A stretch of DNA of 63,900 bases, the filler included, from Globobulimina sp. (taxonomy: Eukaryota): the NCBI GenBank assembly GCA_003354225.1. It is 51 parts of 51 records of this genome, joined end to end, with 100 filler letters (N's around TTAATTAATTAA, not from the genome) between each part and the next. Parts side by side here need not be neighbours in the genome. Positions count along the whole stretch, not along the records: positions 48,953 to 50,106 come from PIVH01022164.1; positions 50,207 to 51,360 come from PIVH01022165.1; positions 51,461 to 52,614 come from PIVH01022166.1; positions 52,715 to 53,868 come from PIVH01022167.1; positions 53,969 to 55,122 come from PIVH01022168.1; positions 55,223 to 56,376 come from PIVH01022169.1; positions 56,477 to 57,630 come from PIVH01022170.1; positions 57,731 to 58,884 come from PIVH01022171.1; 43 more parts are not named here. One strand, written 5' to 3'. The notes below the pieces were generated by a model. That model made no database searches. It was not told the DNA's origin and saw only the letters and a list, made by a program, of their open reading frames with translations. Below are positions 49,675 through 61,492 of this stretch, in pieces; position 1 is the first letter of the stretch, and each line of letters starts with the position of its first letter. The position numbers and the translations under genes were made by a program.

Positions 49675-50251
49675 AATTATAAACGAGATATTAAATTTTT
49701 ATTGTGATATTAACATTTTTACAGTTTATTGTATTATATATGAAGACTTGGATTTTAAAACCAAACCTTGCTCTTTGTTTTGTTTAACTTGCTTCAAAAT
49801 CATCAAGAACGTGCGTAACCTCATTAAAACAAGTTGTTTAATAAATTTCAAACGGTGTTCTAAAAGATTCCAATTTTTTTGTTTGTATTTTTGTCAGTGG
49901 AATAAATGATAAAAAGGAACTATCGAATAGATGATAAAAAACATGAGGATTATGATGGATATGATGAATAATCATACCACCATCTCACATCAGGATGCTT
50001 TGGATTTAGTCTTTCTCTAAAACAAAATAGAGAAAATTAAATATTGGCGCTTCTAACCAAAATCAAGAAATAAAAACAAAATCAAAAAAACAATTAAAAC
50101 AAAATCNNNNNNNNNNNNNNNNNNNNNNNNNNNNNNNNNNNNNNNNNNNNTTAATTAATTAANNNNNNNNNNNNNNNNNNNNNNNNNNNNNNNNNNNNNN
50201 NNNNNNTGTGAATTGCAAATGCAATCTCAATCCAATGGACAGTCATCAAAC

Positions 50252-50322
50252 TCCTGCCTAGCTCAAGTAGAGCACTGGATAGATATATCCAGAAGATTCA
50301 GGTTCAAAGCCTGAGGCAGCCC
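50252..50322 (+). tRNA. tRNA-like sequence (pseudogene or SINE head)
   Basis: CTGCC/GGCAG acceptor, GCTC/GAGC D-stem, CTGGA/TCCAG anticodon stem with 8-nt loop, TCAGG-TTCAAAG-CCTGA T-arm. Confidence 0.6.
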
Positions 50323-50382
50323 CAATTAAACTTATTCAAATAAATGAATTGATATAGAAAAAGAATTTAGAAAAGGAATTGA

Positions 50383-50463
50383 GTGGCAATCCACCACTGC
50401 AAACATAACAAAAAACTATATTGGAAATATTAAAATAGATTTGAGTAGCAATCCACAGCCACA
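50383..50463 (+). repeat. GTGGCAATCCAC motif, two copies
   Basis: 50383 (GTGGCAATCCACCAC) and 50445 (GTAGCAATCCACAGCCAC). Confidence 0.75.
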
Positions 50464-50574
50464 ATCAAAAGAAAGAAAAAATAGAATTAAAAATTTGGAA
50501 TTAAAATAAAATGAACGGGCACCAACCCATGAACTGGCATCATTTATAATGAAATATTGAATTAAAAAATGGAC

Positions 50575-50965
50575 GGTGGGATTTTATATGGTACGCAAGC
50601 AGCAATGGGTATCGCTGCTATTTATTTATGGAGTGCAGCAGTCATAGGTACCGCTGCTATTTTATATGGTACATGCGCCTTCATTGGTACCGGTACCGAG
50701 GGCTATTTATTATGGTACGGCATACGTGGATTTAAGGAATTTTATGTCTATTTTATGTGGATTTTAGGTGCCTTTTATGGGGTGGATTTTAGGTATATTT
50801 TATGTTGGATTTTAGGGATATTTAAGGTGGATTTTAGGTGGATTTTAGGTGCATTTTATGAGGTGAATTTATTGGTTGATTGTAGGTGCATTTTAAGAAT
50901 ATTTGATGTTGGATTTTAGGAGGATTTTAGGTGGATTTTATTGTGCATTTTATTGTGGATTTTAT
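50575..50965 (+). repeat. Degenerate minisatellite (ATTTTATATGGTAC, then GTGGATTTTAG)
   Basis: Many short imperfect copies. Confidence 0.75.
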
Positions 50966-51460
50966 TTAATTAATTATTTTATATTTGTTCGTCTTACAAA
51001 TGTTGCCACTGTGCGGTTCTGCAGTTAAGGGTGTTACGTTTTTAAATATAAACGTTTCCAAAGATTATTAAACTTTTTTTAAACATCTTGAGTTTTTAAC
51101 TAAACTTTAAATAAACAATCCTTTGATGCGGAAGAATGCCTTGATGCGGGAGGAGTACAACCGGAAACAGAAAGCGAAGGAGTCCGCCATTCAGGATTAC
51201 AGAGGCATTGCGAAGGACATTAAAGATTATCAATTGATTGCGTTGAATCAATATTTGATGGGTAGCATGTGCTTTTTTTGTCGCAGTTCAACTGATAATA
51301 TGCATTTTTGTGCTAGGTCGCGTGAACGGCGTAATTGAGTTTGTATTTGGCGCAAATCGCNNNNNNNNNNNNNNNNNNNNNNNNNNNNNNNNNNNNNNNN
51401 NNNNTTAATTAATTAANNNNNNNNNNNNNNNNNNNNNNNNNNNNNNNNNNNNNNNNNNNN

Positions 51461-51952
51461 TGTTCCAGACACAGTATATGTTAATGTCTGGCAACTATCG
51501 GTAAACGCACCGCAGGCTATGCTGTTAAATGCAGATTGGGATTGGGGAACGTCGATGGTTACAGATAATGTGTTACATGCGCCACTACCATCGCATTGGA
51601 TATTTGTCGATGATATGGATGTGACTGTCATTTGTCTGCATGCATTTTGATTATTACATTCTAAATTGACACCAGCTGGATTTGTGGACGACAATACAGC
51701 GTTTTCGCATGAATTTATTCCTCCGCATATCATGTGACATGCAGTATTTCCTGCATTGGAAGGGCAATTTAGCGTAACTCCATCGCAGCTGCTCTCGCCA
51801 CAATACAATCCGCATTCATCTCCATCATACGAACACGAAAGCGTTTGGCCAATGCATTGATTTGGTGCTGAACAATTAAAGAATGCATTGGTAGAAATTA
51901 TTAGAAACTGACACCAGGCCAACAATAATAACGAGTGCGCAGTATAGGACAT
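51461..51952 (-). CDS. Secreted Cys-rich repeat protein N-terminus
   Basis: Signal peptide MSYTAHSLLLLAW..; C-x4-5-SC repeats like those at 8793-9830. Confidence 0.75.
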
Positions 51953-52010
51953 GACTGAGGGTGTTTTTTTTTCTGAGTGGAAAAAAGTGTTTAAAAACAG
52001 TAACAACACA

Positions 52011-52614
52011 ATGCTTCGTTTAACTTTGACCGCTGTGTTATTAGTGGTTGTTGGAGCAACGGACTATGCACTCTCTGTAGATTTACATACAGTGACCGCG
52101 ACTAAACCAGAACCATTCTATGGTATCAACTATACATATTTTTGACCATTCATAAATTCATAATATGATTCGCTAAAAGGATTCACAATCGATTGGTGGC
52201 GAAGTGATGATCCAACGTATGGCAAAAAATGGGGAAATGCCAGGTAATGTTTAGTATATATATATCACTACGTATTCATAGTTGAATGGCTGTATATCCT
52301 TTAAAAACATACAGTATTTTAACAGTCGATTTAACCAATTCCAATTTCATTGCTTTAACAGCTGCATTATCTCCAGCGTTTTTACGTATTGGTGGATCAC
52401 CGGAAGACTCCATAATTTACAATGTGTCCGGTGCCTGTTCCAATGTAAATGCGTCACTTCCCGGATATTCCTGTTCGCAGACCACAAACAACTATGGTAC
52501 TCCCTATATATTGTACCCTACAAATAATACTGCAATAAACCTCAGGTTGTATGACTGTTGCTCGCTGGCAACAAATCAATGCGTTCGCAATCAGAACAAA
52601 CTCAACGTTGTTAT
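52011..52614 (+). CDS. Heparanase-like GH79 (introns 52123-52179, 52244-52314, 52497-52545)
   Basis: Signal peptide; GFTIDWW..WGNA|SIL; ALSPAFLRIGGS; G|CMTVARW. Confidence 0.9.
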
Positions 52615-52714
52615 NNNNNNNNNNNNNNNNNNNNNNNNNNNNNNNNNNNNNNNNNNNNTTAATTAATTAANNNNNNNNNNNNNNNNNNNNNNNNNNNNNN
52701 NNNNNNNNNNNNNN

Positions 52715-53068
52715 CGCTGCTATATTTGTTGACAATTTAGAGATTGCCTCAATGCTTTCTCCGTACATAGTAAATAGTGAATAGACTGTTTTTTGTGATT
52801 CTTGGTATTTATTTCTGTAATCTGTTGTTTCATTCATATCGATATGTAATTTAATTTCTGGTGTCATCGATTGTAATGATTGAGTACCGACAGAAGTCAC
52901 AGCAGGCACAGTTTGTTGTAATTTGTTGGGTGCTGTTTGCGATGGATTTTTATGAACATTGTGACGTTTGTTAATAAGTCTTCGATTACCACGATTCCGT
53001 TTGGCATGCTTACCTCTGCTATTTCTATTATTGTTTTGGGGAGATTTTAAACCCATTTTATGTTTCAT
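52715..53068 (-). CDS. Hypothetical basic low-complexity protein fragment
   Basis: Open to contig end. Confidence 0.3.
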
Positions 53069-53341
53069 AATGACTGCTCATAATAAGTGGTATGGTCCTT
53101 GTAATATTGCATAATTTCACCCATTATATGCCATATATGCAGCATTTTTGCTAGTTTATAACTTATAAATAAATAAATCAATTTGAGCATAATATATAAA
53201 AACGTTGACAAAGTTTTATATATAATTCCATTAGAAGTTGACCAAAATTGAATAAGGACGTAAGTCCGATCGTGGAAAAACACTGTGAGATAAGATTTAA
53301 AGTTTAAAATTTTTACTTTGATTTAAAGTTTAAAACTTACA

Positions 53342-53868
53342 ATGAGCACAACAAAAAAGAAGTTTATTTTACGAATTCCACTTAGAAAATTGAATGAGGC
53401 AAAGAGGAAAAGGAATAATAAGCTCGCAACAAACAATAACAATGATACACATTCAGTCTCTAATACTGACTCACCAGAATTGCAATCAATCATAGCAGAT
53501 ACAAATGAAAATCATCATAATACTCATAATAATAACAATAATAATAATGATGATGAATCAGTGGATATGCATGATATGAATGATATGAATAACAATAATA
53601 TTAAGTTTATTCCTCCTTTGTGCAAACAATTAGAAGATAATGATATTTACACCGACGATGATGAACCATTTGATTCCTCAAATAATCCAAGAAAATTAAA
53701 ATTAAAATCAAATTTTTTATTGGATAATGATGACACAATGTTTTTCAGAGAGAACAACAAAGACAAAGAAGCAGAAGAAGAAGAAGAAGAAGAGGAAGAC
53801 GGTGATACTGATGACGGAGATATACAAATGAAATGTGAGAGATTAAAGCAAGAGAAAGAGAAAGAGAA
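53342..53868 (+). CDS. Asn/Asp/Glu-rich hypothetical N-terminus
   Basis: ATG-initiated, low-complexity, open to contig end. Confidence 0.5.
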
Positions 53869-54148
53869 NNNNNNNNNNNNNNNNNNNNNNNNNNNNNNNN
53901 NNNNNNNNNNNNTTAATTAATTAANNNNNNNNNNNNNNNNNNNNNNNNNNNNNNNNNNNNNNNNNNNNTTTTTCAAAAACTTTTCAAACAGCCTTTTTTT
54001 TTTCAATCAGTTCGATAAGTCTGCTAGTTTTAAAAAAAGGTTTTAAAAGCAGCACAAATTGATTAGGGGATGGGATGGTTAATTTTTATTGAATTTGTGG
54101 TGAAATATGATGCATTTTTATGGCCTTTTACAAAAGAAATTTGGGTAC

Positions 54149-54353
54149 GTGGCAATCCACAGCCACAGCAACATCACCATAGCCACACAAAAACAAATGG
54201 TATTTATAATTAGATAGATATTTAATTTGTGGCAATCCACAGCCACAAAAAAAGTGAGATTTAAGTGGGATTTAAGTGGCAATCCACCACAAAAAAAAGC
54301 AAAAGAAAAAAATTGATATTAATTTGAATAAATTTATTTGGTGGCAATCCACA
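54149..54353 (+). repeat. Spaced array of four GTGGCAATCCAC motifs
   Basis: Copies at 54149, 54229, 54276 and 54341 with unique AT-rich spacers. Confidence 0.9.
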
Positions 54354-54843
54354 CTCAAACATTTAAATGAAAAATGGCATTTGAAGGAGTGTTTTTGTGG
54401 TGATACACAGTCACAAAAAACAAAAAATATATTAAGGTAGTTGTGTACTTAGTGTACCAGTAATAGAGAATTAATTTCCATCCTAATTTGTGTTTGTTTG
54501 ATGTCGTATGTGTGCGTTGTTTGTCATATTCTAATCTAACAGACTCTTGTGCAATACTCTGACATGCTATGGATGTGAAATGAAACCAGTTAAAAAACCC
54601 TGAAGTCACTTTCCACTGAGCTTTGCAAACTCGTAAAGTGCTTATTTATTGTCGTGTGCGTGTGTTGTATATCATATTTCAGTTTGATAGATTTTGAAAA
54701 AATACTAATTTTTAGCATAATAAAAAGTTAAAAAACATCAACCTCACTTCTTCCTTTTCTTCACATCCTTTTCTCAACATCCTCTTCTCAACAACACTAA
54801 TTTATATTCAATTTACACATTCAAATCAATTAGCATTTGAAAC

Positions 54844-55122
54844 ATGTCTGACGCAGCAATTCAAGGTTTATCCAAAGGAATAGTAAATATGGCATTGTAC
54901 GAATTAGAGAACGATGAAACAGACTCATTCGGGCATTCATTATATAGCATCAGTAAATCTGTGGCAGAAACATTAAAAATAGAGTTTAGAGATAATAAAT
55001 TTTTGCAGAGAGAGGTGAGATTGATATTAATTCATGGTTTAGACAGCGGCGCAATAATATTGGGTAAAAATAGAAACCGTTACAGATCCGCGCCAGCCAA
55101 AAAAGATAAGATTGACATTGAC
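54844..55122 (+). CDS. Possible H15 (linker-histone-like) winged-helix protein
   Basis: MALYEL..GHSLYSISKSV..VRLILIHGLDSGAIILGK..RYRS pattern. Confidence 0.35.
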
Positions 55123-55222
55123 NNNNNNNNNNNNNNNNNNNNNNNNNNNNNNNNNNNNNNNNNNNNTTAATTAATTAANNNNNNNNNNNNNNNNNNNNNN
55201 NNNNNNNNNNNNNNNNNNNNNN

Positions 55223-55814
55223 TTAATCGATCTGAAGCTCCATTAGCATCCCAATCAATATTATAGTCTTCTGACGTGTATTCATTTGTATAATTGTAAT
55301 CTATTAAATCATTATCTAATATGATATAACTTGTAATAGATAATGGTTTAATATGCCTACCATATGCTCCACCGCAATATTGCATAATTAACATTTTTAA
55401 ATCACAATATTCATAAAATGAATTGGTCAAGTTTATTAATTCCATTTCACCTTTCAATCGTGTATATCCTGGAGTAACTGTTATATTAGAATCTTCATAA
55501 ATTGGATCATGTAAAATGTTAATCATTCCACCGTTTAATAAAGGAGATCTCCATAATTGTTGACCTCCTGTATTTGCATCCGCAAAATTAAATTCACCAG
55601 GATCAAGTACTAATGCTGGCAATGGAGTTTGATCAAACTCTCTTCCTATTTCTGAATTTTGTTGTCTTATGTATTCTACAGCTTTATCATATGTGCCTAA
55701 TAATTTCCATTCATATCTATCTGACAGTTCACCGAACCAATCTAGGGTTGATTTGTAAAATACGGCAAATACATTATTTATATAATAATAATGAGCACTT
55801 ACTGTAGTTGGCAT
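55223..55814 (-). CDS. Prokaryotic/viral hypothetical protein (possible virion protein)
   Basis: Shine-Dalgarno-like GAGGT 4 nt before ATG; no introns. Confidence 0.65.
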
Positions 55815-55825
55815 TTTGACCTCAC

Positions 55826-56374
55826 TTATTTTAATTCAATCGTTGGCTTGTTTGTTGAATTAAATGTATTTTTAGTTGGATGTGTTTTAAACATATCATC
55901 ACTTTGCATTTCTTTAATGTATTCAATTGTTGTTGGTGTTGCAAATTGAATTCCTATTGTCCTTACCACTTTTTTATTTAATTGTCTTACTATGTTTTGT
56001 CGTTCAGCGATTAGATAGAAAAATTCATCTGAATAATTTGACAAAGTCAAACCATACAAAGTTAGTGTATCACAAAAAGTTTTTTCACCAACCACAACTT
56101 TAGATAAATTTATAGTTTCATTCAATACATAATTTATTTCATGAGCCATTTCATTTTTAACATCTTCAAATTGATTTCTTATATCAAGTGAGCTTTTTCT
56201 ATAATTGTGTAATTTTATAAATCTTTCACAGAATTTTGAAATTTCCAAATTTTTAAACATTTGAATTTGAGTTCCTGATTGCTGTTGATTCCTTTTAGAG
56301 TCAGGATCAACTCGAAATAACATGAATCCTGATTTTGTATTAAAAAATGTACTAATATTGTAATTTATATCCAT
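55826..56374 (-). CDS. Prokaryotic/viral hypothetical protein
   Basis: TAATG at its start; 11-bp gap to the next gene. Confidence 0.65.
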   Translation of the reverse strand: MDINYNISTFFNTKSGFMLFRVDPDSKRNQQQSGTQIQMFKNLEISKFCERFIKLHNYRKSSLDIRNQFEDVKNEMAHEINYVLNETINLSKVVVGEKTFCDTLTLYGLTLSNYSDEFFYLIAERQNIVRQLNKKVVRTIGIQFATPTTIEYIKEMQSDDMFKTHPTKNTFNSTNKPTIELK

Positions 56375-56650
56375 TANNNNNNNNNNNNNNNNNNNNNNNN
56401 NNNNNNNNNNNNNNNNNNNNTTAATTAATTAANNNNNNNNNNNNNNNNNNNNNNNNNNNNNNNNNNNNNNNNNNNNCGAAATTTAAAAATGCATCAATGG
56501 ATAAAAAACATTGTTTTTTCCCTTATTTTTTATGTAAAATTCAGTAAAAATAAAATAAAATGTTACTGTACATTTTACTGTACATTCTTATTATTTTGTA
56601 AAATTTGATTAAATGGAGGCATAACATTAACATTATTGACTGGATTCACT

Positions 56651-57619
56651 TTAATTGGGGGCTGATTTATTCGCCATTAATTTGTAATACATTTGTTTGA
56701 TTTGTTGCAATTCTTTATTATTTGCCAATAATTTTTCATTTAATACCCGCAACTCTTGTTTTTCGTCTCTCAAATCCTGATTCCGTTTACGTAAATCTTT
56801 GAGACGATTCGTGCAATCATCGGGATTGCCGATATTTAAATTGGTAATGATCGATGTAAATTGTTGTAAACATTGCAATTTCACACCATTTCCATTCGAT
56901 ATTAACTCATATTGATTGGATATAAATGTTTTATTTAAATGAATCGCACCAATTTGCAATGGAATATTGCAATTGTTTGCATTGTATATCAATGATATTC
57001 CAACATGAATATTGATATCAATACGTATGATCCAAATATATTCCATTCTGTATTTATTATTTTTATTATGAAACATTATAATTGGTACTAAATTAATATC
57101 ATTTGGAGGTTTTGAATCATTAATATTATTATTTGTAAGTACATTTTTAATAAATTCTTCTTTGTTGATTGCCAAAGTCATTCTTTTTTTGGTTAATTTT
57201 TCTTTATTTTTTATCGGAATTTTATGCCATTTGGTGTTCAAAATAAGCCTTCTCATTTTTTCTTTATTTTTCATAATTTCTTTTATTTTATCTCCATTTA
57301 ATATATTTAATTTATATTCGACTGTTTCAGATACGGACACCGGTAATTTATCGCATTTAATTTTAAATTCTTTTTCCATTTCTTTGCAATCAAATAATTT
57401 ACCCATCATTATCCATTCGTAATTAATATTTTTATCTAAATTCTCTTCCAACACACAATATAATTTATGACCGGTGTCTTTTTCATGAAATCCATAATTA
57501 ATTACTTTTATTCTTTTGTTTAAATGTTTGATTCTTTGTATTAAACAGCCATAATCCTGCAAAATGGCACTTGTTTTATCAATAAACTGCCAGACATTAC
57601 AAATATTTTCTTTTACCAT
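56651..57619 (-). CDS. Hypothetical protein with DUF3825-like segment and C-terminal coiled coil
   Basis: INYGFH..KLYCVL..N..W and LVPIIMF..EYIW..HVGISL; heptad tail. Confidence 0.5.
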   Translation of the reverse strand: MVKENICNVWQFIDKTSAILQDYGCLIQRIKHLNKRIKVINYGFHEKDTGHKLYCVLEENLDKNINYEWIMMGKLFDCKEMEKEFKIKCDKLPVSVSETVEYKLNILNGDKIKEIMKNKEKMRRLILNTKWHKIPIKNKEKLTKKRMTLAINKEEFIKNVLTNNNINDSKPPNDINLVPIIMFHNKNNKYRMEYIWIIRIDINIHVGISLIYNANNCNIPLQIGAIHLNKTFISNQYELISNGNGVKLQCLQQFTSIITNLNIGNPDDCTNRLKDLRKRNQDLRDEKQELRVLNEKLLANNKELQQIKQMYYKLMANKSAPN

Positions 57620-57733
57620 ATTTGGTATTANNNNNNNNNNNNNNNNNNNNNNNNNNNNNNNNNNNNNNNNNNNNTTAATTAATTAANNNNNNNNNNNNNN
57701 NNNNNNNNNNNNNNNNNNNNNNNNNNNNNNTTA

Positions 57734-58884
57734 TTGTCAGAGATATTGCCATTGTATTTTTTAAGCGGTATCAGCGACATTCCATTGCAAACGAGAGAGA
57801 ATAACATAAATTACGAGAAACATTTGGAACTGTTATATGAGTACTTCTCGCATAAAATAGCTGATTCGAATGATGAATATCATAAACAGACTTTGGATGA
57901 ATATATAAATATCATATCACGTTTGGTAAAGTTGGAGGACTACGACCACTTTCAACACGGTGTCAATAATAATAATCAGCCGGAGATTAATTTTAATTCT
58001 TATCCAAAATTAGCATTGCATTTGTTATCTATTTTGGAGTGTAAGTATTCGTCCAATTTATTCCCGAGAACATGTTATCGAATCATACGGACTTTGTGTA
58101 AGAAAATAGAATTATTTGGATGTTATAATACAGAAAATAATGAATTGCTAAGGATATCGCTGAAGAAGTTATGTGTTCACTCGCCAGAGTTTTTTAATAA
58201 TTTGTCCTTTTACCAGTTATTATCTATGTGTTATACCAATGTCGAAGGGAATTATCACCATTTTATAATGGATTCTGTGTGTAATAAATTGCTAGAAATG
58301 AAGTATAAAATGTTGGGTGGCAATATATCCAGCGCGGATTTGTCGTTTTTATGCAATAATCAATATTTAATATATTGGTTAAAACGGATTGTTGAGCAAT
58401 ATAATAAAACAAAATACGATCAGAATAATAGAGGGAGTGTCAACGAATTGAGTCTCAAATCGATGGATGAGATCAATGACAATTTGCCCATAAATGTATT
58501 AGGATATGATGGGATATTATTTATTTTATTAAAATATTTTGATAATTTAACCTATTTAAATAGTAATAATAAATCGAATGAATTGACGGATAAAATTCTA
58601 GCTATTATTGATGATATTTTATATTTATATCAACATAACAACAAACATTGTAAAATAAAGCAGAGTAATTACAAACAAATGGAACATTGGACGCTGTGCT
58701 GTGCCTTGAATTTTATCATTAAGAAATGCGCAGAATTTGGTAATAAATCAAATGGATTAATGTTTGGTGCCGACGATATGCTGCAAATTATGCAAAAAAT
58801 CTCGGCTGTTTCCGGGATGATTTATGATATAAATGGCATCAAAAAAGCATTGTCATTAACACCAAATGAAGTGAATGATGAAAG
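57734..58884 (+). CDS. Helical hypothetical protein fragment
   Basis: Open across the whole contig. Confidence 0.55.
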
Positions 58885-58987
58885 NNNNNNNNNNNNNNNN
58901 NNNNNNNNNNNNNNNNNNNNNNNNNNNNTTAATTAATTAANNNNNNNNNNNNNNNNNNNNNNNNNNNNNNNNNNNNNNNNNNNNTGC

Positions 58988-59908
58988 ATGGCAATGATAT
59001 TTATATCTTTATTTATTATTTTACTTTATTTCTTATCATTATCATTCTCCTCTTCATGTGATTCTAACACAGCATCCGAATGTGATTATGATTTCCGAAT
59101 ATTTTGTTGTGGCGTCTATGGTGGAGCTTATGCCTCATCCCTAACATCCTTCCTTTTATCTGAAACAACAGATCCATATAATTTCTTATCAATGGATGTC
59201 GGCACATCGTTGGACTGTTTAAAAATTGCCAACGACAATGGGCAATTATCGATTATTTTAGATGAAGAAAAGCAAGAATCAGAAAATCTGTACACTCCAA
59301 TTGGACATTTTCGAAAAAAACAACTGAACGGTTTTTTAGTCTCTCACTCTCATTTGGATCATGTGGGCGGATTAATATTGTCCTCTCCCGACGATTCATT
59401 CACAGCCAAACCCATTATCTCGAGACCTATCGTCATTGATCAGTTTTTAGCACTCTTCCAACCTCCGTTGTGGCCCAGTTATGGCATATTTGGATATTAT
59501 AATATTTCAATCAATGAAAGTAACAATTTCTTCACAGAATTGAATGAATATACTTTCAAGATACAAACGTTTGCCTTGGCGCATACTGTGCCGTCTACTG
59601 CTTTTTTGGTATGCAATTCGAATGAAACATTATGCATTTTGTTTCTTGGAGACACTGGTCCAGATCCTGTAGAGCATAGTGATAATTTAAGCAATTTGTG
59701 GATGAGTGTGGCTCCATTGATTGTAAAGGGCAAATTGGGTGCAATATTTATGGAATGCAGTTATGATAATTCTCAGCCTGATGACTCGCTGTTTGGTCAT
59801 TTGAAACCGAACTGGATATTGCGAGAATTATATGTTTTATCTGAATATGTTGCACAAGAGATGGGCAGTGATGATGTGCTCAATGTGTTGAGTGATTTGG
59901 ATGTTTAA
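58988..59908 (+). CDS. Secreted class II cyclic-nucleotide phosphodiesterase
   Basis: Signal peptide; GVYGG, SMDVGT, SHSHLDHVGGL, LAHTVPSTAFL, FLGDTGPD, IFMECSY, LFGHLKP. Confidence 0.9.
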   Translation: MAMIFISLFIILLYFLSLSFSSSCDSNTASECDYDFRIFCCGVYGGAYASSLTSFLLSETTDPYNFLSMDVGTSLDCLKIANDNGQLSIILDEEKQESENLYTPIGHFRKKQLNGFLVSHSHLDHVGGLILSSPDDSFTAKPIISRPIVIDQFLALFQPPLWPSYGIFGYYNISINESNNFFTELNEYTFKIQTFALAHTVPSTAFLVCNSNETLCILFLGDTGPDPVEHSDNLSNLWMSVAPLIVKGKLGAIFMECSYDNSQPDDSLFGHLKPNWILRELYVLSEYVAQEMGSDDVLNVLSDLDV

Positions 59909-60238
59909 ATACTTCATTCAGTTGTAGTAATTTAAATAGTGCACCACTTGCAAATCAACGACGTACGTTTAATAAGAACGCGGTTTGTCTGTTTCATAGT
60001 TATAACATTCTTTACATAGCGTCACCTCATTGGGTATATACGCGCATTCGTCGAATCCATAGTCATAACTCTCAACACAAGATTCACATATTTTTGTGGA
60101 ACATTTCGAACATTCGTATTGCTCAAAACAATAATCACNNNNNNNNNNNNNNNNNNNNNNNNNNNNNNNNNNNNNNNNNNNNTTAATTAATTAANNNNNN
60201 NNNNNNNNNNNNNNNNNNNNNNNNNNNNNNNNNNNNNN

Positions 60239-60777
60239 GTTATTTATAAATTACAGCAACGGTTCACGATTGACAATAATGAGCTGAATGTTATTGCAGC
60301 CAAACAAGGCGTATTATCTGTCGTAGCAACCGGTACAACCATACTTACAATGCTTTGTTTAGCATTATTTGCAATGCCACCGGTATTTGTCTCCATTGAT
60401 GCAACTGCTTCGATGTTATGTGTTATATTAAGTTAAGACTGCACAAATTTTGTATGAGTGCACAATGCAATGAATTGATTACAGTGTATTCGTGGAATAG
60501 CCATTTGGCGGACGCATTTTGTTTATGCTGTGTTCGTCCAATATTACGGAAGCGGTTTGTGAATGTTACTGGCGATGAAAAAAAAATGGAAGCGATTATT
60601 CATGGAAGTTGTGCAGGTTCAACAGTGTCAGATTTAGCAGCTTCGTCGGCGCAGTTAACATTAACAACAGAATCGAAAACGGAATTGACATACAAACAAT
60701 TATCAGAACCAATTCCATCAATGGCTAAAAAATCACCAACATTAAAACAAACCTGCTCAGATCCAATCAAATTGTAA
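60239..60777 (+). CDS. C-terminus of an orphan 7TM-like protein (spliced)
   Basis: AAKQGVLSVVA..FVSIDA, then Cys-containing tail. Confidence 0.4.
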
Positions 60778-61492
60778 ATTAATTATATTTATACAGTATA
60801 ATGAGTATATTATGATGAACTTAGCCCAGACTTTCATCGTTATATTGTTGTTTTAGCTTTGTGTGTTTGTATTATTATTGTTTTGTGTTTTGTGTCCTTT
60901 TGTGTCTGTCCTTTGTGAATTACATTTATTTTTTGAGTCAACTGACTGTATAATTATTAAATTTAGTGTGTTTCTACCACTTTGTTGTGGTTTGCTAATG
61001 TGGTTACCGGTTCAGTCTGTGTGTTTCCCGGAGCAATAGGTTTGTTAATTTCCATCGTTCATATTATCATATTAAATATTGAATTATTGATTGGAATCAC
61101 AGGAGATCGAACCTATGAAGGTATTCCTGTGTATGAGAGAAATTATTGGTGAGTTTAGATCCTGGGGATGTTTAAGCAATCGGCGAGTATGGAGCCAGAC
61201 TTACTCCCTGGCTGAATGTGCCCCCCACTACTCATTTTTAATAATATACAACAAACTATCATAAGTCTATGGCAACAGAAAAATATACACTTTACTTACA
61301 AACAGTCATCATTTAATACCACTCGATAACAATTTTACTGATTCTCCTCCGTACAAAGTCACACCAAATCTATATTCTGTTTGTTTTAAATTNNNNNNNN
61401 NNNNNNNNNNNNNNNNNNNNNNNNNNNNNNNNNNNNTTAATTAATTAANNNNNNNNNNNNNNNNNNNNNNNNNNNNNNNNNNNNNNNNNNNN

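Noticed and set aside
50569-50919. Hydrophobic 116-aa ORF
   Set aside because: Translation of a degenerate minisatellite
54149-54353. CRISPR array
   Set aside because: Repeats only 12-18 bp, spacing irregular, spacers low-complexity, no cas genes, eukaryotic context
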